Below, piece by piece: positions 25,410 to 37,756 of a stretch of 64,000 nucleotides of DNA. Origin of the DNA: Nemertoderma westbladi (taxonomy: Eukaryota > Animalia > Xenacoelomorpha); assembly GCA_032718475.1 (NCBI GenBank), contig JAUCBJ010006752.1, positions 37,179 through 101,178 of the forward strand, written 5' to 3'. A model generated the notes under the pieces. It searched no databases, was not told the DNA's origin, and saw nothing but the letters and a program-made list of their open reading frames with translations. Both the position numbers and the translations under genes were made by a program. Position 1 is the stretch's first letter; every line of letters begins with the position of its first letter.

Positions 25410-26094
25410 CTGAAACAATGATAAGGTAACTTTATAAGTAAAGTGTGATCGTAGTCCGGTACACTATTATAGTGATACAACAATTCTGATTAATAAACGT
25501 GATTAATGAACATATATTTCGTAACGACTTGCGGTGTATAAATTGTCAATAATAACGTTGAAATTAAACTTATGATCTAATAATGATAGGTAATAGAGTG
25601 AAACAATAATATGAATTGAAGAGGTTACAGAACTAGCTGGCATGCAGGAAGTAAGTAATTAAATCTAATAGCAAAAAAATTAGATAAAAATACTGTATTG
25701 AATTTCATATCTTTCAATTCTCCTCAATTCATTGTTCTACCCGATTACCTATATTTTCAGTAGGTCATACTTACTTATTCATTTAAACAATCTTATTATC
25801 AATTGATCTAATCAAGCACCACTAGGCGTTATGAAATGTATTATACTTAATTTATCGCGCCACAAACTTTACTCGACTTTATATTCAATCTCAAACTTAG
25901 TTTATCAACGGCCTATCGCACTAATAGTGTCAAATAATTTGTATGTAAAATAAAGTAAAATGTATGTTGTATAAAGTGCTCTCGGTAATAATTGTAGAAT
26001 GGCATATTAATTATATTTGACTACCTAAAATAAGCAGAATCAAGAAACGTTTAAAGTTTGTAATAAAATAAATTAGTAACAAAATCCAGCTTAC

Positions 26095-26783
26095 CTGCAT
26101 GTTAAGTAAATACAATCTGGTTTATTCATAGCGTGAAGGGAAGTTAAGAGATGCCAACCGGCGGTTGCGAGGACTTTGAGTAACCTGCCGACTATAGTTG
26201 ATATGAGACCGGAAGCTGTGGGTCCGTCGTCCATCCACGGATAGCGACCTAGAGTGAGCACGTTGGTGGTACGGGGGCACGCGATATCGCTTACCAAGAC
26301 GCCCTCGTCCGCTACTCGGAACACTGTCTGCACGGTGGCGACCAGTCGCGAAGGCGCGTTGATCAATGTCACTTTGTCGTATTCGGTGAAACATACGGAT
26401 AGCGGCTCGCTCGACATGGGTTGCGCGTTCAGTTTACGGAACAGCCAGCAGGTTTCCTTGTAATAGCAGGAGATATCCGCGGACACCACCGCCCTCCAAC
26501 CCAGACTGTCCAGTCTATAGATGAGCACCGAACCGAATATCTGGAAGAATGTCGAGTCTTCCCACATCGAGTGCGGGTTGTGGTCTATCCTTATCGTGTG
26601 CTCGCCCGTGCATCCGGTTTCAACCGAGACCTGTTTACCCCAGACCGTCGCCACGGCTTCTCGGATAACTTCGACCTCCACGGCCGTGGCGAACTGAATA
26701 GTCAGACAGTGATCGTTGCTGATCCCCACGCTCAGGGTATCCATGGCAACGGGACGAATGTCTGTGGAATATCGCGTTCCCAT
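26095..26783 (-). CDS. Nested gene exon 1, uncharacterised repeat-domain protein
   Basis: GC-rich 230-aa ORF ending at an AG|GTAAGC donor (phase 2); two internal repeats (e.g. SVCFTEYDKVTLINAPSRLV...LGRYPW). Confidence 0.75.
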
Positions 26784-28207
26784 ACCAACGTATGGACAAC
26801 CGATTTATATAATAAATATATAATTTAACATAAAAGTAAATAAGTAAGTTCCTATAATATCGATGAATTAACGACTCATAAAGTAACTTTAAGTAAATAG
26901 CGACTTAATATAATTATAACACACACACCACTCCCATGCGTTAATTATAATATAGTTACTGTTGCTCTTCTCGCAAGCTCCTATAAAGATAATTCGGTCA
27001 TAAAAAAAATAATTTATTTATAAGATATTCGCACATGATTTGCACAACTCCTTCACAACTATAACGCTAATCTCACGTCACGTATATTGTAACCACTACA
27101 GAGAAGGTACGTGGTCTAATTACACAATAAATTCATACGATTCAACAACCGCTCAGTACCGTATTCAATTATTGTTCTATTTACCCATAAATAATCAAAC
27201 AATTTACAATTCACACTCTCAAACAACCCGTCTCATTGCGCCTCTGGTTAAATACAGAATAAATCCCAGGTCGGATTACAACGGAGCGGGGAATACTGGC
27301 AGATGGAGGATTAATCCTGGGCAACACATTCTCCAATAGGAATCCGTGTGCCCAATTGGTGCACTCAATGACGCAATGTGGCGGGAGGGAAGCTGAGATA
27401 AGGACATAAGGAAGGGCTTGTAAGTAACGGGGGGAGAGTAGGAAGTTACTAATGTCGGGAGCTTATAGGGACGATAAAGCAAAGCGATTCCTGGAAGTAG
27501 CGTAAAGCTTTAAAGAGGTGCACCCAGCCCAGAGGGTTGGACAATGTCAATACGACCACGCAAAAACAAGTACTCCACCTCCACGCCCACCCATACTATA
27601 ACGATAAGTTTACGGCAAAGTTATTTAGTAAATACGACGACAAAAACACACTGATTCCCGTTTAATAATGACATTAGAACATATTTATATAAGATAATTA
27701 ACTCAATTTTAATGTAAAGCTTATCAAAGCTACTAATTGTATGTTTAGCGAATAAGTTTTTTCGAAGATTTAATGTTTTTAATTGTAGAGCAAAAGGAAG
27801 TAAAAAACTATAACCTATAATAATTAGGAACGCATAAAAATAATAATAATTGTATTAATAAAGAATGCGGCATACAGAAGTAATACCGTTACATAACGTA
27901 TAAATAAGGACTTAGGGGGTAGGCCTATATAAAACAAAATAAGAATAATCGAACCCCACCGGCCCACCCCCACAACCAAGACGGAAAATAAAAATAACAT
28001 GCGGTCAGGTCCAATTTACGTGTTACCTGGAATATTTTTATATCTCCCGAGATTTTAAGGGAACACAAAGAGATAATCAAATAACTGTTGTACTGAGCGA
28101 AATGTTGAACAATATGTGAGACTATTAGAAAAACGTAAATCTAGTTCAACGATAACTGGATCATCCTGAGGATAAAGTGAGAAATATAACCATCAAAAAC
28201 AATACGT

Positions 28208-29083
28208 ACCATCTCCCTTAATACAATAATAATGTTTAGGAGGTCGGAGCCCCCCCCCCCCCCCTCTTAATTTTTTTCAAATTTCAATAAAAAGCTACGA
28301 AATTTGGTATGATGATAGTTCGACAATTTTTCTTACTGATGGCAGAGTCGGATTTTTTAATTTATGAGCTTTTTCGACACAACAAGTCGTTAAAAACGGA
28401 TTCTTAGTAATATTTAACAACCATCTCGGTTTGGCTTTATTTTTAATCATTTTGAATGTTATCTAGATAGTATGAGAACCGCCTTCATGAAAACCGTTTA
28501 AAATTTCATCAAAAAATGCCATAAGATATTATCAAGATACAAAGACGTGTAAATTTTGAATCACTATAATTCTATTAACTATTATTATTTAGTTGAAACT
28601 TTAAAACTATCCATCTTTTTTTCATTATTAGGCGTAATTAATATTCTAAAATTGAGTAAATAAAACATTAGAATTATGGCAATTTGCAATTAGAAATATG
28701 GTAATTATGGCAATCTCAAAATTTGCACTTAGTATTTTGATAATATCTTTGACATTTTTTGATGAAATTTAAAACGGTTTTCGTCGGAATCTGCAGATGA
28801 AGGCGGTTCTCCTAATATCTAGATTACATTCAAAAGATTTAAAAATAAAGCTGACAAAGATGGTTAAATATTGCTAAAAGGGCGTTTTTAGCGGCATTGT
28901 TTTATCGAAATAACTCATAAATTAAAAAAACCGGCCAGGCCAGAGCAGTAAGAAAAGCTGTCAAACTATCATAATATCAAATTTTGTGACATATGATTGA
29001 AATTTGAAAAAAATATGGGTAGGGGGGGGGGATGTGGGGGGCTCCGACCCCCTAAATATGGTTGTTGTATTAAGGGAGATGGT
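28208..29083. mobile_element. Foldback/MITE with long inverted arms
   Basis: accatctcccttaatacaa...ttgtattaagggagatggt with inverted similarity continuing about 400 bp inward. Confidence 0.8.
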
Positions 29084-29879
29084 GTATTACAAATTGTTAG
29101 ATTTTCGGAATAAAATAATTGTACATGAAACTAAAAAAATTAAAAATAAATCAAAATTAGATTTCTTACGTTGTTCACAACTTTATTTTAATATATTCAT
29201 GTCGATCATAAACTTTGGTCGTTAATATAGTAAGCAATATTAATAAATAAAATTAGTAACCAGTAGAATAATCTAACAGTAAAAATGGATTGGTGGGTCT
29301 GATACGTCTACATGTCCTTCGCAATAACGTTAAATTAACGGAATTAATTATTACATTTTCCACTGATACCAATCGAATTCTGCATTTAGAAATTCTTGAG
29401 ATTTGATTTCATTGATTTGCCTATAATTCACCTCTAACTGTAAGTTCTCGTAAGTTACCATTATATACTGTATAAATGAAAGGTAACAAAAATTTTGAGA
29501 GTTTTTTGGACACACCTAAGCAAAGTCTGTCCAGGGTAGGTGTAAAACGCGGATCCGGATCCGGATTCCAAAATTATCAATTAAGGGAAAGGAGCAGGTT
29601 ACAGTGGCACGATATTTTAACCAAAACAATAAACTAAAGTCAATAGAACAGGTTATAGTTTTATTTTTGGGAATTATAAAAATGTAAAAAAATCGACTTC
29701 CGTAGGGCCAATGTTAAATGTAGAATCCGGATCCGCTTTTTACTCTGACCAGTCTGTCCATAACTTGAACAAAGCAATAAACTAACTAATTAATTAGCAT
29801 CAACATTCTCCTAACCAATTACCCGGTAAGTGACATTATCTCTGACCTTTCAATTCTTTAACCGCTAACTAATACTAAC

Positions 29880-30047
29880 CTTAGCTCCCATCCTATTGGC
29901 CGGTAACTCATTCAGTATTACAGGTGTTAACGAACTCGTGTCACCAAAGGTTACCCCGGGGATATACAACGCGCAGAGCATGTGCACCCAACGCCCAGTG
30001 TCTGTTTCTTTAAATAAACCTCCAAGTGCCGGGCACAACTCACAATA
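29880..30047 (-). CDS. PHF14: PHF14 exon 5 (Zn knuckle of PZP module)
   Basis: CELCPALGGLFKETDTGRWVHMLCALYIPGVTFGD; TTTCAG acceptor, GTTAGT donor. Confidence 0.95.
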
Positions 30048-30146
30048 CTGAAAACACAACACACGCGAGTCATTATAATTTAATATCACTAATTGGAAAT
30101 GGATTTACGAGAACCAACTGTGAAACGGACGTAACAGTATTGGACT

Positions 30147-31834
30147 AGGGGTTGAATTTACGGGAGAAAAGCCGGCTCTACATGCGTCGCAGTACCGGCT
30201 CTACATGCGTCACAGTACCGGGTTGAACTTACGGGAGACAAGCCGGCTCTACATGCGTCACAGTACCGGGTTGAACTTACGGGAGACAAGCCGGCTATAC
30301 ATGCGTCACAGTACCGGGTTGAACTTAAGGGAGACAAGGCGGCTCTACATGCGTCACAGTACCGGGTTGAACTTACGGGAGACAAGCCGGCTATACATGC
30401 GTCACAGTACCGGGTTGAACTTACGGGAGACAAGCCGGCTCTACATGCGTCGCAGTACGTCGGGGGTTAAACTTACGGGAGACAAGCCGGCTCTACATGC
30501 GTCGCAGTACCGGGTTGAACTTAAGGGAGACAAGGCGGCTCTACATGCGCCACAGTACTGGGTTGAACTTACGGGAGACAAGCCGGCTCTACATGCGTCG
30601 CAGTACGTCGGGGGTTGAACTTATGGGAGACAAGCCGGCTCTACATGCGTCGCAGTACCGGGTTGAACTTAAGGGAGACAAGCCGGCTCTACATGCGTCG
30701 CAGTACGTCGGGGGTTGAACTTACGGGGGACAAGCCGGCTCTACATGCGTCACAGTACCGGGTTGAACTTACGGGAGACAAGCCGGCTATACATGCGTCA
30801 CAGTACCGGGTTGAACTTACGGGAGACAAGCCGGCTCTACATGCATCACAGTACCGGGTTGAACTTACGGAAGACAAGCCGGCTCTACATGCGTCGCAGT
30901 ACCGGGTTGAACTTACGGGAGACAAGCCGGCTCTACATGCGTCGCAGTACCGGGTTGAACTTAAGGGAGACAAGGCGGCTCTACCTACATGCGTCACAGT
31001 ACCGGGGGTTGAACTTACGGGAGACAAGCCGGCTCTACATGCGTCGCAGTACGTCAGGGTTGAACTTACGGGAGACAAGCCGGCTCTACATGCGTCACAG
31101 TACCGGGTTGAACTTACGGGAGACAAGCCGGCTCGACATGCGTCACAGTACCGGGTTGAACTTACGGGAGACAAACCGGCTCTACATGCGTCGCAGTACC
31201 GGGTTGAACTTACGGGAGACAAGCCGGCTCTACATGCGTCACAGTACCGGGTTGAACTTACGGGAGACAAGCCGGCTCTACATGCGTCGCAGTACCGGGG
31301 GTTGAACTTAAGGGAGACAAGGCGGCTCTACATGCGTCACAGTACCGGGTTGAACTTACGGGAGACAAGCCGGCTCTACATGCGTCACAGTACCGGGTTG
31401 AACTTACGGGAGACAAGCCGGCTCTACATGCGTCGCAGTACCGGGTTGAACTCAAGGGAGACAAGGCGGCTCTAGATGCGCCACATTACCGGGGGTTGAA
31501 CTTACGGGAGACAAGCCGGCTCTACATGCGTCGCAGTACGTCGGGAGTTGAACTTACGGGAGACAAGCCAGCTCTACATGCGTCGCAGTACCGGGTTGAA
31601 CTTAAGGGAGACAAGGCGGCTCTACATGCGCCACAGTACCGGGGGTTGAACTTACGGGAGACAAGCCGGCTCTACATGCGTCACAGTACCGGGTTAAACT
31701 TACGGGAGACAAGCCGGCTCTACATGCGTCACAGCACCGGGTTGAACTTACGGGAGACAAGCCGGCTCTACATGCGTCACAGTACCGGGTTGAACTTACG
31801 GGAGACAAGCCGGCTCTACATGCGTCACAGTACC
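30147..31834 (-). repeat. 48-bp tandem array (~35 units) of the exon 4 end plus splice donor
   Basis: Unit CGGTACTGTGACGCATGTAGAGCCGGCTTGTCTCCC|GTAAGTTCAACC. Confidence 0.95.
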
Positions 31835-31950
31835 AGGGTTCCGTTGAGCAACTCGATTCGGTGCTGCTATGCGATACGTTGTCGCCGACACCATCGCCGT
31901 AACAATTCTCGTGTACCGATATCCCGCATGAATCGCACACCATTATCTCG
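31800..31950 (-). CDS. PHF14: PHF14 exon 4 (PHD1)
   Basis: EIMVCDSCGISVHENCYG...STEPWYCDACRAGLSP matches recalled human EIIQCDNCGITVHEGCYG...STEPWFCDACKCGVSP; CCGCAG acceptor, GTAAGT donor. Confidence 0.92.
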
Positions 31951-32235
31951 CTGCGGTAACAAATATAGATAAATAATGCGGGACTACAATACAAATCGAC
32001 ATTATATATTTAAACGAACTTTCTAGTGATTAAATAACCAATACGTTCATAAGGAAGGCCAGGGTGGCGGTGGGTACTCCAGCCTGAGAAGCGAGAACTG
32101 AGCAGTGGTACATGGCAGGGTCTCCTGACAGTGGGTTTTTTTTTAATATTTTAAACATCGTAAAAAACCCTAAAAGGCCTACGTTCTAAAAGTATTAGTA
32201 AAATTGCCGTCCATTACATCTATAACAACACTTAC

Positions 32236-32486
32236 TTTTGGTCCCCCAAACATACAGCGCACACGTAAACGTGCAACGCAGGTACTTTGGTAATCGCTCC
32301 AAGTTTAGACTCTATTTTATCGTCTGTAACTGAGTCTACCAGCGTACCGCTAATAACGCTGGCTTCCACCGCACTGTACTCCATTGCACTCCCCCCATCA
32401 ACCGGAGTTGCACAGTCCGATTGTTTATTGACTTCCAAACCGTCCGTCTCCAGTTTACAAGCTTCATCTATGTCCTCATCGTCGGA
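32236..32486 (-). CDS. PHF14: PHF14 exon 3 (linker, start of PHD1: CAVCLGD)
   Basis: AAACAG acceptor, GTAAGT donor (phase 2); CAVCLGD matches PHF14 CCVCLGD. Confidence 0.85.
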
Positions 32487-32596
32487 CTGTTTAATAAAAC
32501 ATAATGGTCCTTATAGATAATGGGCTAAAGGTGGTAGGTAAGGTACCCCAAAACAACAATCTGTAAGGCAGTACGAGTACGTCTGTACGTACATGA

Positions 32597-32875
32597 GAAG
32601 TAAAGTAAAGTGATCGGTGAAAGTGTGAAACACGAAAAACCAGGAGGCAACCCGAAGGCTGGTCTCGCTATTACCTATACGGAAGTGAGGGAGCCACACT
32701 AACTCCCAAGGGTGAGGGTGATCCCACCCTTTTTCTTCACCCACCTACAGAAGCCAGGTTCCCATATCACCGGGTTGGTGCTTCAGTTCGGAAATTGTAA
32801 CTGGCTCTGCAGGGGGTCGAACCCGGGACCTATAAACTAGAAACAATGCGAGTGACCTCGCCACCAGCTAGCTCG
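32597..32875 (-). mobile_element. tRNA-derived SINE
   Basis: A-box-like TAGCTGGTGG, B box GGTTCGACCCC, (TTTAC)n-like tail. Confidence 0.6.
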
Positions 32876-33148
32876 ACATACACGTAGCAATACCAATGTA
32901 CATTAACCCGGTAACACATGTTGGGTATGCGTACCAGGAACGTACCGGTACAACACTACTGTACTACACACAAAGTCTGCTGAATGGTGGGGGATATCAT
33001 CAGTTATATTGCATCACGCCTCGCTCCGATAAATTATTAAATCTGGGTCTGCCACTAATTTTCTTTAAGAAAAATATCATTACAAACGGTTATAGAATTG
33101 AGCCGCCCGTTGCCTGTTCTAATGTTCATAAATAACAGCAATACTTAC

Positions 33149-33336
33149 TCCGGTCTCGCCATCATCTTCACTACTTCCGCCGTCACTGGAATCCGAATCA
33201 TCATCATCGTCGGCCCCACTGCTGACGTCTTCCACATCGCTGCCCTTAAAGTCATCATCCTCTGAGTCGTCGTCCAAATCGATAAATATCGGGTTCTCTA
33301 CGGTCTTAATCTTTCGCTTCCCGGAACCACGAGACA
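33149..33336 (-). CDS. PHF14: PHF14 exon 2 (basic motif plus acidic D/S-rich tract)
   Basis: TTGTAG acceptor, GTAAGT donor; SRGSGKRKIK...DDDSEDDDF resembles the basic-then-acidic PHF14 N-terminus. Confidence 0.8.
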
Positions 33337-33891
33337 CTACAAGGGGAGTATAAGTAGATATAGTACCGGTAAACACTAAACTCTGAAACTAACATTCCAC
33401 TCTGACACCGTTTGCTGGTTGGATATGATATGGGTTAAGGTTACTTACTTATCTCTTCAAATTACGGTTTGTGCCCGACCAAAGACCAACAAACCCTAGG
33501 CCCTAACCAAAAAAATAAACTATCAAACAAAGTAAGTAAGTTACAGCAGTGTTCTGGTGTTCAGTGTTGGTCTGTTGGTAGGCGATTAGTATTACAGCAT
33601 TAGAGCGTACTTTTAGGTGATTTTTTCCCAGTCCAATTATTTCCCATTGTCCATAGACCTGTAGACAGGTAGACCCGCATTGCTGCATTGGTGTAGAGAG
33701 GAGAGACTGAGAGAGGGTCGGGCAGTCGGGTTTTTCCGCGGACCAGACCAGCACCAGGCTGCAAGCATTTAGGGAGACCCATACTTCTGTCATCTGTTAG
33801 TAGGCCTACTTGGTACTGCCGTAACGTAACAGGCAACGAGGCAGGTAGGCTACTTAATGCTGTATCGGACCGGTACGCGGTACTGACTTAC

Positions 33892-33940
33892 TCATTGATT
33901 GTATCATAGCTTCCGCTTCCTTCGATCGTTCGCTAGCCAT
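33892..33940 (-). CDS. PHF14: PHF14 coding exon 1 (putative; MASERSKEAEAMIQSM)
   Basis: ATG at 33940, open to a GTAAGT donor at 33891; phase 1 joins exon 2 in frame. No homology support for this peptide, only splice and phase logic. Confidence 0.55.
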
Positions 33941-34942
33941 TATTTTATATCAGATCACAGGCAGACAGCACAGGATTATATTTATACCGTCAGACCGTAG
34001 CGTAGACGTAGATCAATACTGCAATAGGTCTAGACTGCAGACTGCTAGAGGGGATGACAGACAACTGGCAGACTGGAGAAGATAAAAACAACGCCCGGAC
34101 TAATATACCATATACCAGTATACCGGTACGGCGGTACCGATAACAGGCTAAACTATTGAAGACTGAAACCGCAATAAAGTAATTGTATCGCATCAGTCAG
34201 TGTATAGAGTACCGTACTGCCGTAATAAGTAATGAGTACGTAAAAGGTTAAACAGTTCAAGTAGGCCTAGGCCCTGTGAGTCTGGTGTGGATGTCGGAAT
34301 GTAGCAGCTGTACCATGTGCTATGTCTGGGTCGGATATGCAGCTAGGCAACGAACGTGTATGTGACAAAACAACGGCCAGACGGCAGATAAACAGAAGCT
34401 TTTTACTACTGGGTAAGACGTCGACGCCCATGTTTCCATTTTTTCCGAATAGTAGAATGGTTAATAATGGTACTAATGGTTAATGGGTAATATTACTTTT
34501 ACTTAACATGTCTCGTGTTCGATCCCGGCCGTATCTGTTTCCTATTTTTTGCATTTTTTATTTATTTATTTATTTCACAATTAATATTAAAATTTAAATC
34601 GGAAACACACAGATTAAAATATTAAAATTAAAGGGAGAAAATCACCAAGGTTCCCTTCCGAGAGCACTAATAGGTAACCTAGCATCCGATCGGAATACTC
34701 ATTTCGAAACCTTTACTAAATATACAGTATAACGGTAAGTAATTTAAAATTATTGTAATTTATGATGCAATAAACTGATAAAAACGTTATGTAATTACAA
34801 CAAATAAGCGTACGTAGTAGCATAAAATAACAAATATGTAACCATGAACAACAGTGTGTGATGAAGCAGATTTTAAAAAATGGGCACAAATATATGAGAA
34901 TTTAAAAAATGCACATGAGAGTATATACAAAATAAAAAATAT

Positions 34943-35330
34943 TTACAAATGTCTGTCAAAAAGACAGTGTTGCATTAGTTCTACGTTACGCAATTTTCTT
35001 GAAAAAATATTTAAACTGTGCGCGTTTACAACGTCTGGCGGCAAACTATTCCAAATTGGCACTACTCGGTTTGCAAAACTGTACTTAGTAATCTGGAGTC
35101 TATAACGATTTATAAATAATTTATAACTATTGCTACGCGTAGAATGACACGATGCAGTAAAAAATGAATTCAAATCTAAATTAACACCATTATTAATAAT
35201 ATTGTAAGTCATTTTTAAATCAAATATAATTCTACGGACCTCCAGTGGCTGCAAATTTAAAAACTCTAAACGTTTAATATAATTATTACGACTCAGGCCA
35301 CAACGGGCGTATAACCTGCGTGTAAAATTG
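34943..35330 (-). mobile_element. CR1-type LINE 3' fragment
   Basis: LEVRRIIFDL..TRSNSYKL..FANRVVPIWNSLP. Confidence 0.85.
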
Positions 35331-37105
35331 TTGGTACGGTAGCGGCATTATCCTTTATTATTATAAATATAATTATTCTTTAATATTATTTATATTCTAT
35401 GGTTATCAATTACAATAAAATCAATATCTTAGAAACAACAAACAAAGGTATTATTCACCAGAACATCGAACTCTTTTTATGTCTACAAAAACAACCGAGA
35501 CTATGTGCTAAACCATATGGTAGGTCTAACGTTGTGGACACCCCCTCGACGACGCCTACCACTACTTAATCATTAACTTAACCATACTTAACTACATATA
35601 CTTTAAACAAATTACTTTATGGAATGCAAGCACATGACCTAGACATAGTCCGAGCTATATACATTATTAGAGACCTATGTGATGCGCAATTCTCTTCAGG
35701 GAGTTAATAATATTGTTTATGTTTGGCGATATCATGTCATATAAACTTTGCTAAAGTAGCGGTATCTATTTCATTGGATTGCGTTCATATACAATAATTT
35801 GACCGAAGGGACGATATGTTTTCTGAGCTTGATTGAACGCATTGCTAAAAGGTTTTCCTTTTCAAAATCAGGACAGTTTGGAATAGTTCTTTGGAAACAG
35901 AAACTGAATTGAAGGCGAAACTCGCGAAATTCGCCAGCTCCTGTATTATTTTGTAACACTTCAAGATTACGTTGGCGATTCCCTAAATTTCTCAGCCATA
36001 AGGTTGCTCCAAATGACGTCGAAACTTTGCAATAGGTTGCTCGCAATACAAATAGCTAATATATATATATGAATACATATATAATATAAATAATATATGT
36101 ACAATAATTTATAATATAATATAATAGATATATATGAATATCTAATAAATTATTCATTTGTATTGCTTATATTTGCTTATATTTGTATTCATTTGCTAAA
36201 ACAGTCTATCTCTATGATCTACTATACAATAATGACTTTAAAATTTACTTTAAAGTTACTGTACGTAGTTTTACTAGTTTCCTAAAATTTAATGGGCTAT
36301 CCTACATCGTAAACGCAATTTATATAGCTAGGTTAATTGTCGTGCTCGGTGCTGTGGTCCCTTTCTGGCACCCATCAACAATAATTTTCGTGCTAAAATT
36401 TTCAAAACTTTTTATGGCTCACTAAAATAAATTTATTTGCGGTATAGTGCAAACATGATAATGAAAAATCAGCATGAAATCAAGGCAATTTTATGACCTT
36501 TATTGAATTTATTTATTTGTTTTTTGGGATGCTGATCCCGAATATGACACTGAAATATATCGTACCTTGTTGATTTAGTAGTATAGAACATATTTGTTAA
36601 TCAAAAATCATTACTAAATCACCTTATTTTATGACATAGGGGGATTTCTGAGACGCTGATCACGAATACGAGACTCAAAAATATCGTATTATCCAACCAA
36701 ATTCAATTTTTGGCCTTTGTAAGTTTTATGCTACAATTGCATTTTTCGTGAAAACCAATATTACCCAAACAAAGGCAAAATTTAACAGTATGAAATTTTT
36801 GCTACTTCTAGTTTTCATCCTGGGGCATCAGAATGGCACAAAAATTAACGTTTGACTTACCAGAAATATTTTTAACAAGTTTCATCATGATCAGCAACAT
36901 CGAAAACTCGTACACCTTTGGAATTATCAAACCAAACACAACATTTTTTTGTGTTTTAACCAATTACGTATTTACGAATAGTTTATATCTGAGATACTGT
37001 AGTCTGTTTTGGCATGTATGAATGCCTAGAACTTCAGGTTAAACAACAAATTTATACATGCCAAACAGATTATATCTGAGATAGACGGTTTCGGCATACA
37101 AATCT

Positions 37106-37756
37106 TGTAAGCGGATTCAATTCCCTGCACTACCCACCGAAAATGAGATTAGTGGCATTTTACCAATATAGTTGGCGATGTGACATTACCAATAATAATC
37201 TCACCTCATAACCAACTGGGGGGGGGGGGGGGGGGGGGATACACGCCGTAAGCCACAGAGAGAGGTGAGAGGTCAAACCACCTCAGAGGGAGAAACAAGC
37301 TAGTGAGGCTAGCACCAAGGGGAAACGCCAACAGGGAGTGGTGAAGTGACAATTAACAGATAAGCCAATAGTGGGCAGGAAAGCACATTGGGGAGGACAA
37401 GAGCGCATCCATTGGATACTAGAGGCCGCCCAGTAGTGTAGGGCTAAAACCAATATGTGTCAATGATATAACCCTTGTAATTACTGATTATTAGTTAGTT
37501 GATTTCCTTATGGTTGTGAGACTGGAATAGTTTTTGACCGTCATTACCATTACTGTTTGTATTGCATATTATTATATTCAGACTGTGCTATTATCAATTG
37601 CTGTGATTAGAAATACTGACAACTAACTCTGTTATTTTCAACGGCCTTCGGCCTAACATATATCCAGCACTTCAGCCCGAGCCCACGATACGACGACGCG
37701 TACAACCTTCACCGGTCGGTATCTCAGTACTGTCAACTCCAACGGATTCCGTCACA
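37106..37756 (+). mobile_element. LTR (TG...CA), probable 5' LTR of a decayed element
   Basis: tgtaagcggattc...ccgtcaca; homologous over its length to 42361-43041; followed by GC-rich internal-like sequence. Confidence 0.8.

Noticed and set aside
30158-31972. Long + strand ORFs (MRHSTGLNLRETSRLY repeats)
   Set aside because: Antisense readings of the 48-bp splice-donor array.
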